Sequence record: SRR9188676_3688
DNA length: 50,460 bases
Direction: 5' to 3' (one strand)
Below are positions 31,936 to 41,612 of the stretch, piece after piece. How positions within the stretch are numbered: the first letter of the stretch is position 1; every line of letters starts with the position of its first letter. The notes below the pieces were generated by a model. It was not told where the DNA came from and did no database searches. It saw nothing but the letters and a program-made list of their open reading frames with translations. Made by a program: the position numbers and the translations under genes.

Positions 31936-32652
31936 ATGCCACTTGCAAACAAACGCGCGATCATTATCGGTGGTGGCAGCGGCATCGGCCTGGAGGTAGC
32001 GCGCCAGGCGATTGCTCAGGACGCCCATGTGGTGATCGGTGGCCGCAACGAGGCGCGCCTCGCTACAGCGCTCTCCGAACTGGGAAGCTGCGCTAGTGCG
32101 CACCCCGTCGATACGTCGGACAAGCCGTCCATCCGCGCCTTTTTCGATCGGGTGGGTGCGTTCGATCACCTCTTCATATCCGCAGCCAGCTACACGCTCG
32201 GGCCGATCGACCAGATCAGCGATGAAGACGCCGAAAGCCCGTTTCGCTCGAAATTCTGGGGCCAATATTGGACCGTGCGCGATGCGCTCCCCTATCTCGC
32301 GCCTGACGGGTCGATCACGTTGATGGCAGGTGCGGCAGGCGCGCGGCCGATCAAGGGCATTCCAGCCTATGTCGCCTGCAACAGCGCGATCGAGGGGCTG
32401 GCGCGCGCATTGGCGGTCGACCTGTCGCCCATCCGCGTGAACTGCATATCGCCAGGCACCATCGACGGCCATTTATGGAGGCAGCGCCCTGCCGAAATCC
32501 GTGAAGCAGCCTTTGACAGCTACCGGGACATGTCCGTTGTAGGACGCCCCGGAACCGAAAAGGAAGTGGCTTCAACCGTTCTATTTTTGATGCAGAACGG
32601 CTTCGTCACGGGCTCGACCCTGTATCCCGACGGTGGCTTCGTGTTGCGATGA
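31936..32652 (+). CDS. Short-chain dehydrogenase/reductase
   Basis: IGGGSGIG, IRVNCISPG and FVTGS.LY.DGG; the YxxxK motif appears as YVACN. Confidence 0.92.
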   Translation: MPLANKRAIIIGGGSGIGLEVARQAIAQDAHVVIGGRNEARLATALSELGSCASAHPVDTSDKPSIRAFFDRVGAFDHLFISAASYTLGPIDQISDEDAESPFRSKFWGQYWTVRDALPYLAPDGSITLMAGAAGARPIKGIPAYVACNSAIEGLARALAVDLSPIRVNCISPGTIDGHLWRQRPAEIREAAFDSYRDMSVVGRPGTEKEVASTVLFLMQNGFVTGSTLYPDGGFVLR

Positions 32653-32657
32653 TGATC

Positions 32658-32686
32658 TGCCCGGACCATCTGCGCAGGTCCGGGCA
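32658..32686. terminator. Hairpin between convergent genes
   Basis: tgcccggacc-N9-ggtccgggca. Confidence 0.5.
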
Positions 32687-32802
32687 TGGCAGAGGCGATG
32701 AGAGCAGGGCTACCCTCGCGATCCAGCCGGCTTTGCGATCGGGCATCGATATCCGCCCCCAGCTGCCGGCGTCTGGGGGCCGAACTTGTATGCCCGCGGC
32801 TG

Positions 32803-34173
32803 TTAGCGCCTGATGGCGGGGCTATGGTCGATCCGCGCAGCGGAAAAGCGATTGCGCGGTCGCGCAAGGCCCAGATTGTCCCGCAATGTCGGCCCCTCAT
32901 AATCGGTGCGAAACAGCCCGCGCCGCTGCAATTCGGGTATGACTTGCTCGACGAACCGGTCCACTGATCCGTGCAGGTCCGGGAACATGATATTGAACCC
33001 ATCGGCCGCCCCGGCACGGAACCAATGTTCGAAATCGTCCGCAATATCCTGCGCGCTGCCAAAGAGGATACGATGGCCTCCTGCCACCATCTTGCGCAGC
33101 AATTGACGAACCGTCGGCTGCTCGCGTCGGATCAGATCTATTACTAATTGCTGTCGGCTTTTATGCGTGTTCGTCACCGGGATGACGGAGGGCAGGACGA
33201 TCGGTTCGTCCAGATCCAGCGTCCACAGGTCGATGCCGATATTGACGAAATGCGAAATTCCCTTGAGCGTCGATATCGGGTCGAGTAAATCCTGTAATGC
33301 CTCATAACGGGCACGGGCGTCCGGCGCGCTGTCGCCGACATAGACGGATACGCCCGGCAATATTCGCACATCCGCGCGTTTGCGCCCATATCTGGCCAGC
33401 CGCGCGGTGACGTCTGCGTCGAAAGCCTCCGCCTCTTCGATCGTCTGCGCGGCGGTAAAGATCAGTTCCGCTGTACGCGCGGCCAGTTCGCGGCCGTCGT
33501 TGGAGGAGCCGGCTTGGGCGATTACCGGATAGCCTTGCACCGGCCGTGCGGAATTGAGTGGTCCCTGGACCGAAAAATGGGCGCCCTTGTGGTTCAGCAA
33601 GTGCATCTTGTCCGGGTTGGACCAGATGCCGTTCGCCTTGTCCTGAACGAACGCATCGTCTTCCCAACTATCCCACAGGCCGGTGATGACGTCGAAAAAT
33701 TCCTCCGCTCGTTCATAGCGTTTGGCATGAAGCAAATGATCGTCCCGGTTGAAATTTTCGCCGCCGCCCAGCGACGTGACGAGGTTCCAACCGGCACGCC
33801 CTTCGCTGAGATGATCGAGCGAGGCGAGCCGCCGGGCGAGCGTATAGGGTTCGTTATAGGTGGTATTGGCGGTGCTGATGAGGCCGATCCGGCGCGTCAC
33901 CACCGCCAAGGCGGGAAGAAGGGTCAACGGATCCCAGCGCATTCCCTGCGCGCTTCGTGCCAGCGATTTCGGGTCCAGTTCGGGCACGGCAACGCTGTCG
34001 TTGAGGAAAATCGCATCGAACAATCCTTCCTCCAATTTCTGCGCTACCCGCGCGTAAGGAGCAAAACTGCGGGATGCGTCTTCGTCCACCTCCGGCAGGC
34101 GCCAACTGGCATTGTGCGAGCCATGGCCCGACAGGAAAGCGCCGAGTTTGAGCGTGCCGGAGTGGTGGGCCAT
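32803..34173 (-). CDS. LLM-class FMNH2-dependent monooxygenase, NtaA/SnaA/DszA family
   Basis: FDAIFLND, DPLTLL.AL, NEPY.LARRLASLDHLS.GRAGWNLVTS, WDSWEDDA, QAGSS..G and DGFNI. Confidence 0.93.
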   Translation of the reverse strand: MAHHSGTLKLGAFLSGHGSHNASWRLPEVDEDASRSFAPYARVAQKLEEGLFDAIFLNDSVAVPELDPKSLARSAQGMRWDPLTLLPALAVVTRRIGLISTANTTYNEPYTLARRLASLDHLSEGRAGWNLVTSLGGGENFNRDDHLLHAKRYERAEEFFDVITGLWDSWEDDAFVQDKANGIWSNPDKMHLLNHKGAHFSVQGPLNSARPVQGYPVIAQAGSSNDGRELAARTAELIFTAAQTIEEAEAFDADVTARLARYGRKRADVRILPGVSVYVGDSAPDARARYEALQDLLDPISTLKGISHFVNIGIDLWTLDLDEPIVLPSVIPVTNTHKSRQQLVIDLIRREQPTVRQLLRKMVAGGHRILFGSAQDIADDFEHWFRAGAADGFNIMFPDLHGSVDRFVEQVIPELQRRGLFRTDYEGPTLRDNLGLARPRNRFSAARIDHSPAIRR

Positions 34174-34187
34174 GCCTGTTTCTCCTT

Positions 34188-36662
34188 TTAAAAGCTGAAC
34201 GACAGGCGGCCATAATAATAGCCGCCGTAAAAGCCGAAGGGGGACTGCGCCGGATAAGGCGGGAAGCCATTTGTATCGGGCAACGTATTTTTGTCCGGAT
34301 AGGTGTCGAAGAAATTGTTCGCGCCGATTGCGACGTTCACATTCTTCGTCGCCTGGAAGGACAGGTCGATGTCCGCGATCCACTTGGCGCCGTAAAACTG
34401 GTCGCTCGCCGCCGCCGTGCCCAGGAAAGCGACCTTGCCATAGCGTGTCTCTCGCAGGTTCAGCTTCAGATTGCCAAGCGCCAGATCCTGCCCAAGGATC
34501 AGCTTGGTGCGCGGCAGGTTGCGGTCGATATAGCCCTGCGCTTGCCGATCGAAGAGAGTCAGATTGAGCGCGGCCAGTTCCGCGGGATTGGCGGCAACAC
34601 TTGTGATCTTGGTCTTGTTGTAATTATAGCCTGCGGTCAGGCGCAACGACTTGTCCACGCCCAATGGCTGGAGATAGTTCAGCACGGCCTCCACGCCGCG
34701 CGTGCGGGTGTCGATCGCGTTTGCGAAATAGCGGACCGAATAGTTGGGATCGAACCCGTTGGCGACCAGGATCGCGCTGACCCCCGCACCGGTCAAATAG
34801 CCGGTCTGGGCGATGCGATCGTCCAGCTTGATCTGATAAGCATCGACCGACAAGTTGAGGCGCGATCCCAGCTTGTAGGTGAAGCCAGCCGACAGGTTGA
34901 AGGATTTCTCCGGCGTCAGTGCCTTTGCGCTCAGCGCGTCGCCGATCGGCGTGCCGGGCCGTACCGATTTGGCGGTGATGAAGGTCTGTACGCCGTTCAC
35001 CGTGGTATATTGGTTGGATGTCTGCGCGAAGGCCGACTGTGCCAGCGCGGGCGCATGGAAGCCGTTGCTCACAGTGCCTCGGATCGCGAAATTATCGGTA
35101 AAGTCGAAACGGGTCGTGAATTTGCCGTTCAGCGTGTCACCCGCGCTGTCGTCATAATGTTCGGCCCGCCCTGCCACCGCGACGAACCATTGGGGGATCG
35201 GGTTGAAGCCGATGTCGACATAGGCGGCATAGCTGTTGCGGCTCAGTTTGGCGGCATCCTCGGGCGTCAGTACGATCGCACCCTGCGCGCCGATCGTGGC
35301 GTAGCGCCCCGCAAGCGGCGTCCCGGCGGGATAGCGATAGAGGCCATTGGCATAGGAGGCCGGATCCCCTGCAATAGTCTGGAACTGCTCATAGCGATGT
35401 TCCGCGCCGAAAGAGATTTTCAGTGGCTCGGCAAGACCGATGTCGACCCCCTTTGAGACATCCACATTGTTCGTCCACTGTTTGAATTTTGCGGTAAAGG
35501 TCCAGAACTTGGTGGGGCTTGCGCTGCCCAGCGAGGCGTTCAAACTGTTGGTCGAACCGTTTTTCGACCGGTTTTCGCCATAGGTGCTGGAAATGTCCCA
35601 GTTCCAGCCGCCACTTTCCCCTTTGACGCCGCCCAGTGCCTGAAAGTCGCGCTCATCTAGCGTGTAATTGGGCGCATAGCCGTCCGGGAAAATGGACAGC
35701 ACGGCATTGGTCGAATTGGGCCGGCGGAAATTCTGGCCGATGACGGCCTCTCGGGTGGACCAGGTCGACGAAGAATAGACTGTAGCGCCGGGCGATAAGG
35801 GCAACTCGGCATTATACAGGATGGTCAGCGCGCGCAGATCGGGCAGGCCGCCGGTGAAGGCGGTCTTGTCGCGATTTTCGCGCGGGTCCGGTTGGCCGTT
35901 GGCGGGATAATAGAAGGCGCCGGTCGCCGGGATAGCGCGTCGGGCATGATTATTGTCCCTGGCATTGGCAGCGATGTTCAGGAAGCCGCCTTCGCCCAGC
36001 CTGAAGCCGATATTGCCGCCGGCCTCGATATTGCGACCGTCGCTATTGCCCAGATAGCTGTAGCGCTTGCCCGCGTTCAGGCTGAGCGTCCCGCCCTGCG
36101 CATCGTCTTTCAGCACGATGTTGATCACGCCGGCGATCGCGTCCGATCCATATTGCGCGGCCGCGCCGTCGCGCAGCACTTCGATTCGCTTGATCGCGGC
36201 GGCGGGGATCAGGTCGATATCGACCGAATTGGCGCCCTGATCGACGCTGCCGGTCGACAGGTTGAGCAATGAACTATTGTGTCGCCGCTTGCCATTCACC
36301 AGCACCAGTACATGCGATCCGCCAAGGCCGCGCAGACCCGCAGGTCGCGCCACGCTGTTCCAGGACGATGAACTGACCGTCAGCGAATTGAAGCTGGGCA
36401 ACAACACGCCCAACGCATCGCGCAGCGAACTATTGGCGCCCAGCGTGGCCAACTGGCTCTCGTCGATCACGTCGATCGGCGCGGGGCTGTCGATAACAGT
36501 GGTGGCGCGGCTGCGATTGCCGATGACGACGATGGTTGAATCCGTCTCCGCTTCGGTTGCGGCCGGTGCCCCTTGAGCAATGGCCTGCGATGCTGTCCCC
36601 ACACCGGCGCTCAGAGCCGACGAGAGCAAAGCGACGCGTAGCATTGTCTTGGTATCGAACAT
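34188..36662 (-). CDS. TonB-dependent receptor (mature chain free of Cys and Met)
   Basis: Signal peptide, LVLVNGKRRH, RDGAAAQYGSDAIAGVINI, GANNFFD.YP and C-terminal SF; alternative start at 36677. Confidence 0.95.
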   Translation of the reverse strand: MFDTKTMLRVALLSSALSAGVGTASQAIAQGAPAATEAETDSTIVVIGNRSRATTVIDSPAPIDVIDESQLATLGANSSLRDALGVLLPSFNSLTVSSSSWNSVARPAGLRGLGGSHVLVLVNGKRRHNSSLLNLSTGSVDQGANSVDIDLIPAAAIKRIEVLRDGAAAQYGSDAIAGVINIVLKDDAQGGTLSLNAGKRYSYLGNSDGRNIEAGGNIGFRLGEGGFLNIAANARDNNHARRAIPATGAFYYPANGQPDPRENRDKTAFTGGLPDLRALTILYNAELPLSPGATVYSSSTWSTREAVIGQNFRRPNSTNAVLSIFPDGYAPNYTLDERDFQALGGVKGESGGWNWDISSTYGENRSKNGSTNSLNASLGSASPTKFWTFTAKFKQWTNNVDVSKGVDIGLAEPLKISFGAEHRYEQFQTIAGDPASYANGLYRYPAGTPLAGRYATIGAQGAIVLTPEDAAKLSRNSYAAYVDIGFNPIPQWFVAVAGRAEHYDDSAGDTLNGKFTTRFDFTDNFAIRGTVSNGFHAPALAQSAFAQTSNQYTTVNGVQTFITAKSVRPGTPIGDALSAKALTPEKSFNLSAGFTYKLGSRLNLSVDAYQIKLDDRIAQTGYLTGAGVSAILVANGFDPNYSVRYFANAIDTRTRGVEAVLNYLQPLGVDKSLRLTAGYNYNKTKITSVAANPAELAALNLTLFDRQAQGYIDRNLPRTKLILGQDLALGNLKLNLRETRYGKVAFLGTAAASDQFYGAKWIADIDLSFQATKNVNVAIGANNFFDTYPDKNTLPDTNGFPPYPAQSPFGFYGGYYYGRLSFSF

Positions 36663-36713
36663 TGAAATTTCCCCCATTTTAACGTTATTCCGTCTTGAAT
36701 GCCTGACCCGGAA

Positions 36714-37682
36714 TCAGATCAGCCCGGCTTCCCACAATCCCGACATGTCGTATTCGCCGCGCACCAACCCGAATGCGAAAAGGTCGCTGGTCACTTGTTG
36801 AAGGCTGGCGATGGCATCGGCCGCCGGCGGCACGATCAGCGCGGGCCGGCTGGCTTCGCGCGCCAGCCGCTCGAACAGGGCCGGCGATTGATCACTCAAC
36901 TGACCCGACAGCGCGGCCCAGCGCGCGGGGTTATGGCCGATCCATTGCCATGTGGTCTGTTCACGGCGCAGATAATCCCGGATCGCGGCGCGTTTGAGCG
37001 GATCGCCCAGCGCGTCGGGATGCGCGGAGATGCAGAAATTGCCCGAATATATGCCTTTGACGTTGGATATGATCCACCGCCCGCCCAGCAGCTTTTCCGT
37101 CAGCAGCGCCGATATGCCGCTCGCTACGGTCGCCTCCACATGGCCACGGGTAAAGGCGGCGTTGGCGTCGCTTACCGGCAGGCCCACTGCCTTGACGTCC
37201 TTCAACGTCATGCCGTGCGCTTCCAGCAATTTCAGCAGATAATAATAATTGTTGGTGTTGGGCGTGTAGGCGATGGTCCGCCCGCGTAAATCCTCGAACC
37301 GGCGCGCGGGTGAGGACTTGCCCACCAACACGCCACTATTGTTCACATCGCCCTGGTGCGTCGCGATCAATTTTATCGGCGTGCCTGACTGGATGGCGAA
37401 AGCCGGCGGAATTTCGCTCATATAACTATAATCGAGTTCGCCGGCCGCATAGGCATTGAGCACCAGCGACCCACCCGGCAGATCGACATAGCGAACCTTG
37501 TACGGCATGTCCGCCAGGCCTGCGGCGGCCATGAAATTGCCCGCAGTATTCTTGTATCGCCACACGCGCAGGGTAACGTCCGAAAGCCTCTGCGCCTTGG
37601 CGGATGGCCTGCACCCGGCAAGCGCCAAGGCACCGGCGCTGGACAGCAGACCGCGCCGCGAAAAGGATGAAGGAGCGGGCAT
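36714..37682 (-). CDS. SsuA/TauA-like substrate-binding lipoprotein (Tat)
   Basis: SRRGLL Tat motif, LAGC lipobox, SEIPP, SP...EDLRGR.IAY. Confidence 0.85.
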   Translation of the reverse strand: MPAPSSFSRRGLLSSAGALALAGCRPSAKAQRLSDVTLRVWRYKNTAGNFMAAAGLADMPYKVRYVDLPGGSLVLNAYAAGELDYSYMSEIPPAFAIQSGTPIKLIATHQGDVNNSGVLVGKSSPARRFEDLRGRTIAYTPNTNNYYYLLKLLEAHGMTLKDVKAVGLPVSDANAAFTRGHVEATVASGISALLTEKLLGGRWIISNVKGIYSGNFCISAHPDALGDPLKRAAIRDYLRREQTTWQWIGHNPARWAALSGQLSDQSPALFERLAREASRPALIVPPAADAIASLQQVTSDLFAFGLVRGEYDMSGLWEAGLI

Positions 37683-38527
37683 CAATCGAGCAGATCTGGC
37701 TCGGCGCGGACGATCTCATCCCAATAGGGCAGGAAGCTGAGCCAGGCCCATGCTTCGCGCTGTTCGTGCGAAGGTGCGCGCTTCGGCGGATCGGTTAATG
37801 GTGTCCCCGCTGCGAGGGCAGCCAATTGGACTCGCGCGGCGCTTTCATAGGCGATGAAGCGCCAGGCAGCGGCTTCGACGCTGTCACCGACGGTCCAATG
37901 ACCATGGTTGCGCCACAGCAGGATGTTGCGATCGCTCAGTTCGCGGGCAAACTGCCCCGCTATCTGTGCCCATGTCTCCGCCTGGCTTTTTCCCTCCGGG
38001 CGATCGGGTAAGAAAACGACCTGATCGTCATGGAAAATGGCAACGTCGGCTATGATCGGTTCGATCGGCTGGCCAAAGGCGGACCATGTCTTGGCGTGGA
38101 AACTATGCGCATGCACGATTCCCACGACACCGGGCCGCGCGCGCTGGACGGCATGATGATAGGGAATGCCGGACAGGTTTACGGGGCCATCGCCCTCCAC
38201 CACGCGGCCGTCGCTGTCGATGCGCAGCAGGTCGGATACCCGGATGTGGGAAAAGGGCACACCCACCGGATTGACCCAGAAATGATCCGTATGTTCCGGG
38301 TCGCGGGCGCTCAAATGCCCTGCCAGTCCCGGCTCCACGCCATGATGGGCGAGCAGGCGCAGCGATGCGGCGAGTTGCTGCTGGCGATGCAGCCTTTCCT
38401 CGCTAAAGGATGCGCGGTTGGTAGGTGCCGCAACGCGCGGCCCATCTCCATCGCGCGCCACGCCATAGATGCGCGGCGCCAGCCTCGACGGCGCGGCACG
38501 GCGGATAGCAGGAGATAGATTCGTCAT
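37682..38527 (-). CDS. Class II aldolase/adducin family protein
   Basis: GHLSARDPE..DHFWVNP, HAHS and NHG metal ligands. Confidence 0.92.
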   Translation of the reverse strand: MTNLSPAIRRAAPSRLAPRIYGVARDGDGPRVAAPTNRASFSEERLHRQQQLAASLRLLAHHGVEPGLAGHLSARDPEHTDHFWVNPVGVPFSHIRVSDLLRIDSDGRVVEGDGPVNLSGIPYHHAVQRARPGVVGIVHAHSFHAKTWSAFGQPIEPIIADVAIFHDDQVVFLPDRPEGKSQAETWAQIAGQFARELSDRNILLWRNHGHWTVGDSVEAAAWRFIAYESAARVQLAALAAGTPLTDPPKRAPSHEQREAWAWLSFLPYWDEIVRAEPDLLD

Positions 38528-39018
38528 TTACGCCATCAATCCTCAAAACTTGTCGATGGCGATGCATAGGAAGCGGAAGGTGGCGCTGGGAAATGAGAAG
38601 CGCAGTTCCCAGCTTTGGAATTTCACATATTATTTGCATCGCTTCAGGATGCGAAAGATCCAATATTCGCTATAATGGCGTGTTTCCTTTTCGTTCAATC
38701 ACATAGGTCGTCGCCATGATTGATGTTCGACTTCGGTTTCCTCATGTCATTGTCCAGCGTCTCTAAAATCCCGCTTCGGTGCGGGCAGCGGTGCTTGATC
38801 GACCAATCCGCTCCATCCCGTTCTTCCTACGAAGAAATGCCGAATATCAGAAGCGTTATAAGTTCTGCTAAATAATCTGGTCACGAACTCATTTGTTGGT
38901 GCAAGCGTTGGAGCATAGCGTTCCAATGATCAATCTGCGGCTCCGACGGATCGACAATCATCATGTCGTCACGACGGATATTCAGTGCTGCACCGGTCAT
39001 TGGAATGGATGAATTTTT

Positions 39019-40359
39019 ATGACAGCCAGTCGACAACTTCACCTCGGCGCTATCTTGAGCGGCGTCGGCACCACGCAAAATGGCTGGCTGCATCCGGATC
39101 TGCCTGGCGATGCCAGCGTCAACATTGACTGGTATATCGACAACGCCCGCAAGGCGGAGGCGGCCAAGTTCGACCTCGTCTTCATCGTCGATTCTCCTTA
39201 CATCACGCCAGATACGGCGCCGCATTTCCTCAACCGCCTGGAACCGCTGACGCTGCTCTCAGCCGTCGCGACCGCAACCAGCAGGATCGGCCTCGCCGGC
39301 ACCTTGACCACCTCCTATTGGGAACCCTTCAATGTCGCGCGCCAGTTCGCCTCGCTCGACCTGATCAGCCGGGGGCGCGCCGCCTGGAATGTCGTGACTA
39401 CGGGCCTGGAAGGAGCCGCGCGCAACTATGGCCGTGAGGAGCATTTCGATCACAAGCTACGCTATGCCCGCGCCCGCGAATTTGTCGACGTCGTGCAAGG
39501 CTTGTGGGACAGTTATGAGGACGACGCTTTTCCGCGCGACAAGGCCAATGCGGTCTTTCTGGACAAGGGCAAGCAGCATCCGCTCAACCATCAGGGCGCC
39601 TTTTTTTCCGTGGCCGGTCCGCTCAACATCCAGCGTTCGCCGCAGGGGCAGCCGGTCATCTTCCAGGCTGGCGAATCCGAACAGGGCAGGGCGCTGGGCG
39701 CCGCGATCGCCGAAGGCATCTATGCCAATGCCGAAAGCTTCGATCAGGCGCAGGAATATTATGCGGATGTGAAGCGCCGTGCGACGGCGCTCGGCCGCAA
39801 CCCCGATCATATTCTGATCCTGCCCGGGCTGATCCCGATCATCGCTGACACAGATGAGGAAGCGCGCGCGATCGAGGAGGAGCAGAATGGCAAGCTGGAC
39901 CTGAACAAGGCGCTGGTGCAGCTGGGCCGGCCGTTCAACTATCATGATTTTACGCAATATGATCTGGACGCCCCCTTCCCGGACGTCAGCCATCTGTCGC
40001 TCAACAGCTATAAGGGCCGGGCCGAACGCATCATTCGCACGGCGCAGCGGGACAATCTGACGCTGCGCGAAACCGCCTGGCGTTTTGCCGCGCGCGCCAA
40101 CCCCTTCGTGGGTTCGCCCAAAACCGTGGCGGACGAAATCGAGCGCTGGTTTCTGGATGGCGCATCGGACGGGTTCAACCTGCGCGTCACCAATCCGGCG
40201 GACTTCGCGATCTTCGTCGACCGCGTGGTGCCGTTGTTGCAGGCACGGGGGCTGTTCCGGACCGAATATGCGCATGACACGCTGCGTGGCCATCTTGGCC
40301 TGCCGTTCGTCCAAAACCGCCACGCCCGTGCCGCACCGGCCGCGATCGCAGCCGAATGA
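39019..40359 (+). CDS. LLM-class FMNH2-dependent monooxygenase, NtaA/DszA family (reminiscent of the YtnJ/CmoJ type)
   Basis: FDLVFIVDS, HFLNRLEPLTLLSA, ARQFASLDLISRGRAAWNVVT, PVIFQAG and HDFTQYDLDAPFPD. Confidence 0.93.
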   Translation: MTASRQLHLGAILSGVGTTQNGWLHPDLPGDASVNIDWYIDNARKAEAAKFDLVFIVDSPYITPDTAPHFLNRLEPLTLLSAVATATSRIGLAGTLTTSYWEPFNVARQFASLDLISRGRAAWNVVTTGLEGAARNYGREEHFDHKLRYARAREFVDVVQGLWDSYEDDAFPRDKANAVFLDKGKQHPLNHQGAFFSVAGPLNIQRSPQGQPVIFQAGESEQGRALGAAIAEGIYANAESFDQAQEYYADVKRRATALGRNPDHILILPGLIPIIADTDEEARAIEEEQNGKLDLNKALVQLGRPFNYHDFTQYDLDAPFPDVSHLSLNSYKGRAERIIRTAQRDNLTLRETAWRFAARANPFVGSPKTVADEIERWFLDGASDGFNLRVTNPADFAIFVDRVVPLLQARGLFRTEYAHDTLRGHLGLPFVQNRHARAAPAAIAAE

Positions 40360-40424
40360 CGCGGTGATCGCCGGCGTCCGCGCCATCAATCTTTGCAGGC
40401 GCTGTCCAATATAAAGGATCATGT

Positions 40425-41404
40425 GTGACCGATAGACGGCATGACCGCCGAACCTTGCTTGGTGCCGTGGGTGCCGGTCTGGCCTTCACCATGTTGGGTG
40501 GCTGCGGTGCTTCGCCCGGTGCTGGCGGGGGGAAGCTGCGTTCGTCGTACAGCAAGGGCGGTTATGAACTCATCCTGCGCACGGCCGGGCTGAAACCAAA
40601 AGACTTCGGCGTCGACTACAGCCTCTTCCAGTCTGGGCATCTCGTGATCGAAGCGCTGAACGGCGGTTCGCTGGATTTCGGCACGATGAGCGAAATTCCG
40701 CCTGTCTTTGCCGCCGCTTCGTCGATTCAGAGCTTTCGGCAGGTCGCAACCATCGTTGGCGACGTCAATAATCAGGTGATTTTGGTCCCTCGCCATTCGC
40801 CCATCCGCGATTTGGCCGATCTTAAAGGGCGCCGCATCGCCTATGTCCGTGCGACGACGTCGCAATATTTCCTCATTCGCATGCTGCAGTCGGTGGGGCT
40901 TGGCTGGCAGGATATCCATCCCGTCGCCATGTCGCCTACGGACGGGATGGCCGCCTTTTCCAACGGCGCCATCGACGCCTGGGCCATTTACGGTTTCCAG
41001 ATCCAGCGGGCGGTCGCAACCCAGGGCGCGCATGTTCTCAAAACCGCGCTGGGCTTCCTGTCGGGCAACTATACGCTTCGGCCCATGTCGATGCGTTGGC
41101 CGATCCGGTCAAGGCGGCGCAGGTCGGCGCCTATTTGCAATTGCTCAAACAGGGCTTTGCCTGGAAGGCGAAGAATGAAGAGCGTTTCGCCCAAGCACTG
41201 GCGAAAGAAATAGAAGTGCCGCTGTCCTATGTGCTGGACCAGTTACGCAGCGCCAGCCAGCCGACGGACCTGTTGCCGGTGACCAAAGAGGCGGTCGCGT
41301 CGCAACAGGCCGTGGCCGACACATTCCATGACGCGGGCTTCCTGCCGCAGAAAATCAAGGTCGGTTCGCTTTGGGACGACCGTTACAACGCGCTTCTAGG
41401 GTGA
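40425..41404 (+). pseudogene. SsuA-like Tat lipoprotein split by a 1-nt frameshift near 41077
   Basis: ORFs 40425-41213 and 41096-41404 join into SGNYTLSAHVDALADPVK if one T is restored, matching paralog SGNFCISAHPDALGDPLK. Confidence 0.85.
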
Positions 41405-41612
41405 AAGCGTCGCATCGTTGGCGGCCATTCGTCATCCGATCATGATGTTGGCACAGACCATCATCACCGCGAACCGAAGCGTGCGCAGAGGATAAAATGG
41501 CGATTCCGACGAATTCGCGCTCGATCAGATCGGGCGCATCCGTAAAATGAACGCATCCTGTGCAAGGGCGATCGGGCGCGACAAGCGCACGAATGGCAGA
41601 GATGAAGCTCAT
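41355..41612 (-). CDS. Small Cys-rich protein (85 aa; C-x2-C-x33-C-x12-C)
   Basis: The ATG overlaps the upstream stop (ATGA at 41609-41612); MSFISAIRALVAPDRPCTGCVHF...GLCQHH...RCDAF. Confidence 0.7.
   Translation of the reverse strand: MSFISAIRALVAPDRPCTGCVHFTDAPDLIEREFVGIAILSSAHASVRGDDGLCQHHDRMTNGRQRCDAFTLEARCNGRPKANRP

Noticed and set aside
32803-38527. SPAIRR occurs at the aldolase N-terminus and at the monooxygenase C-terminus
   Set aside because: Different codons, only six common residues, in variable termini; most likely coincidence.
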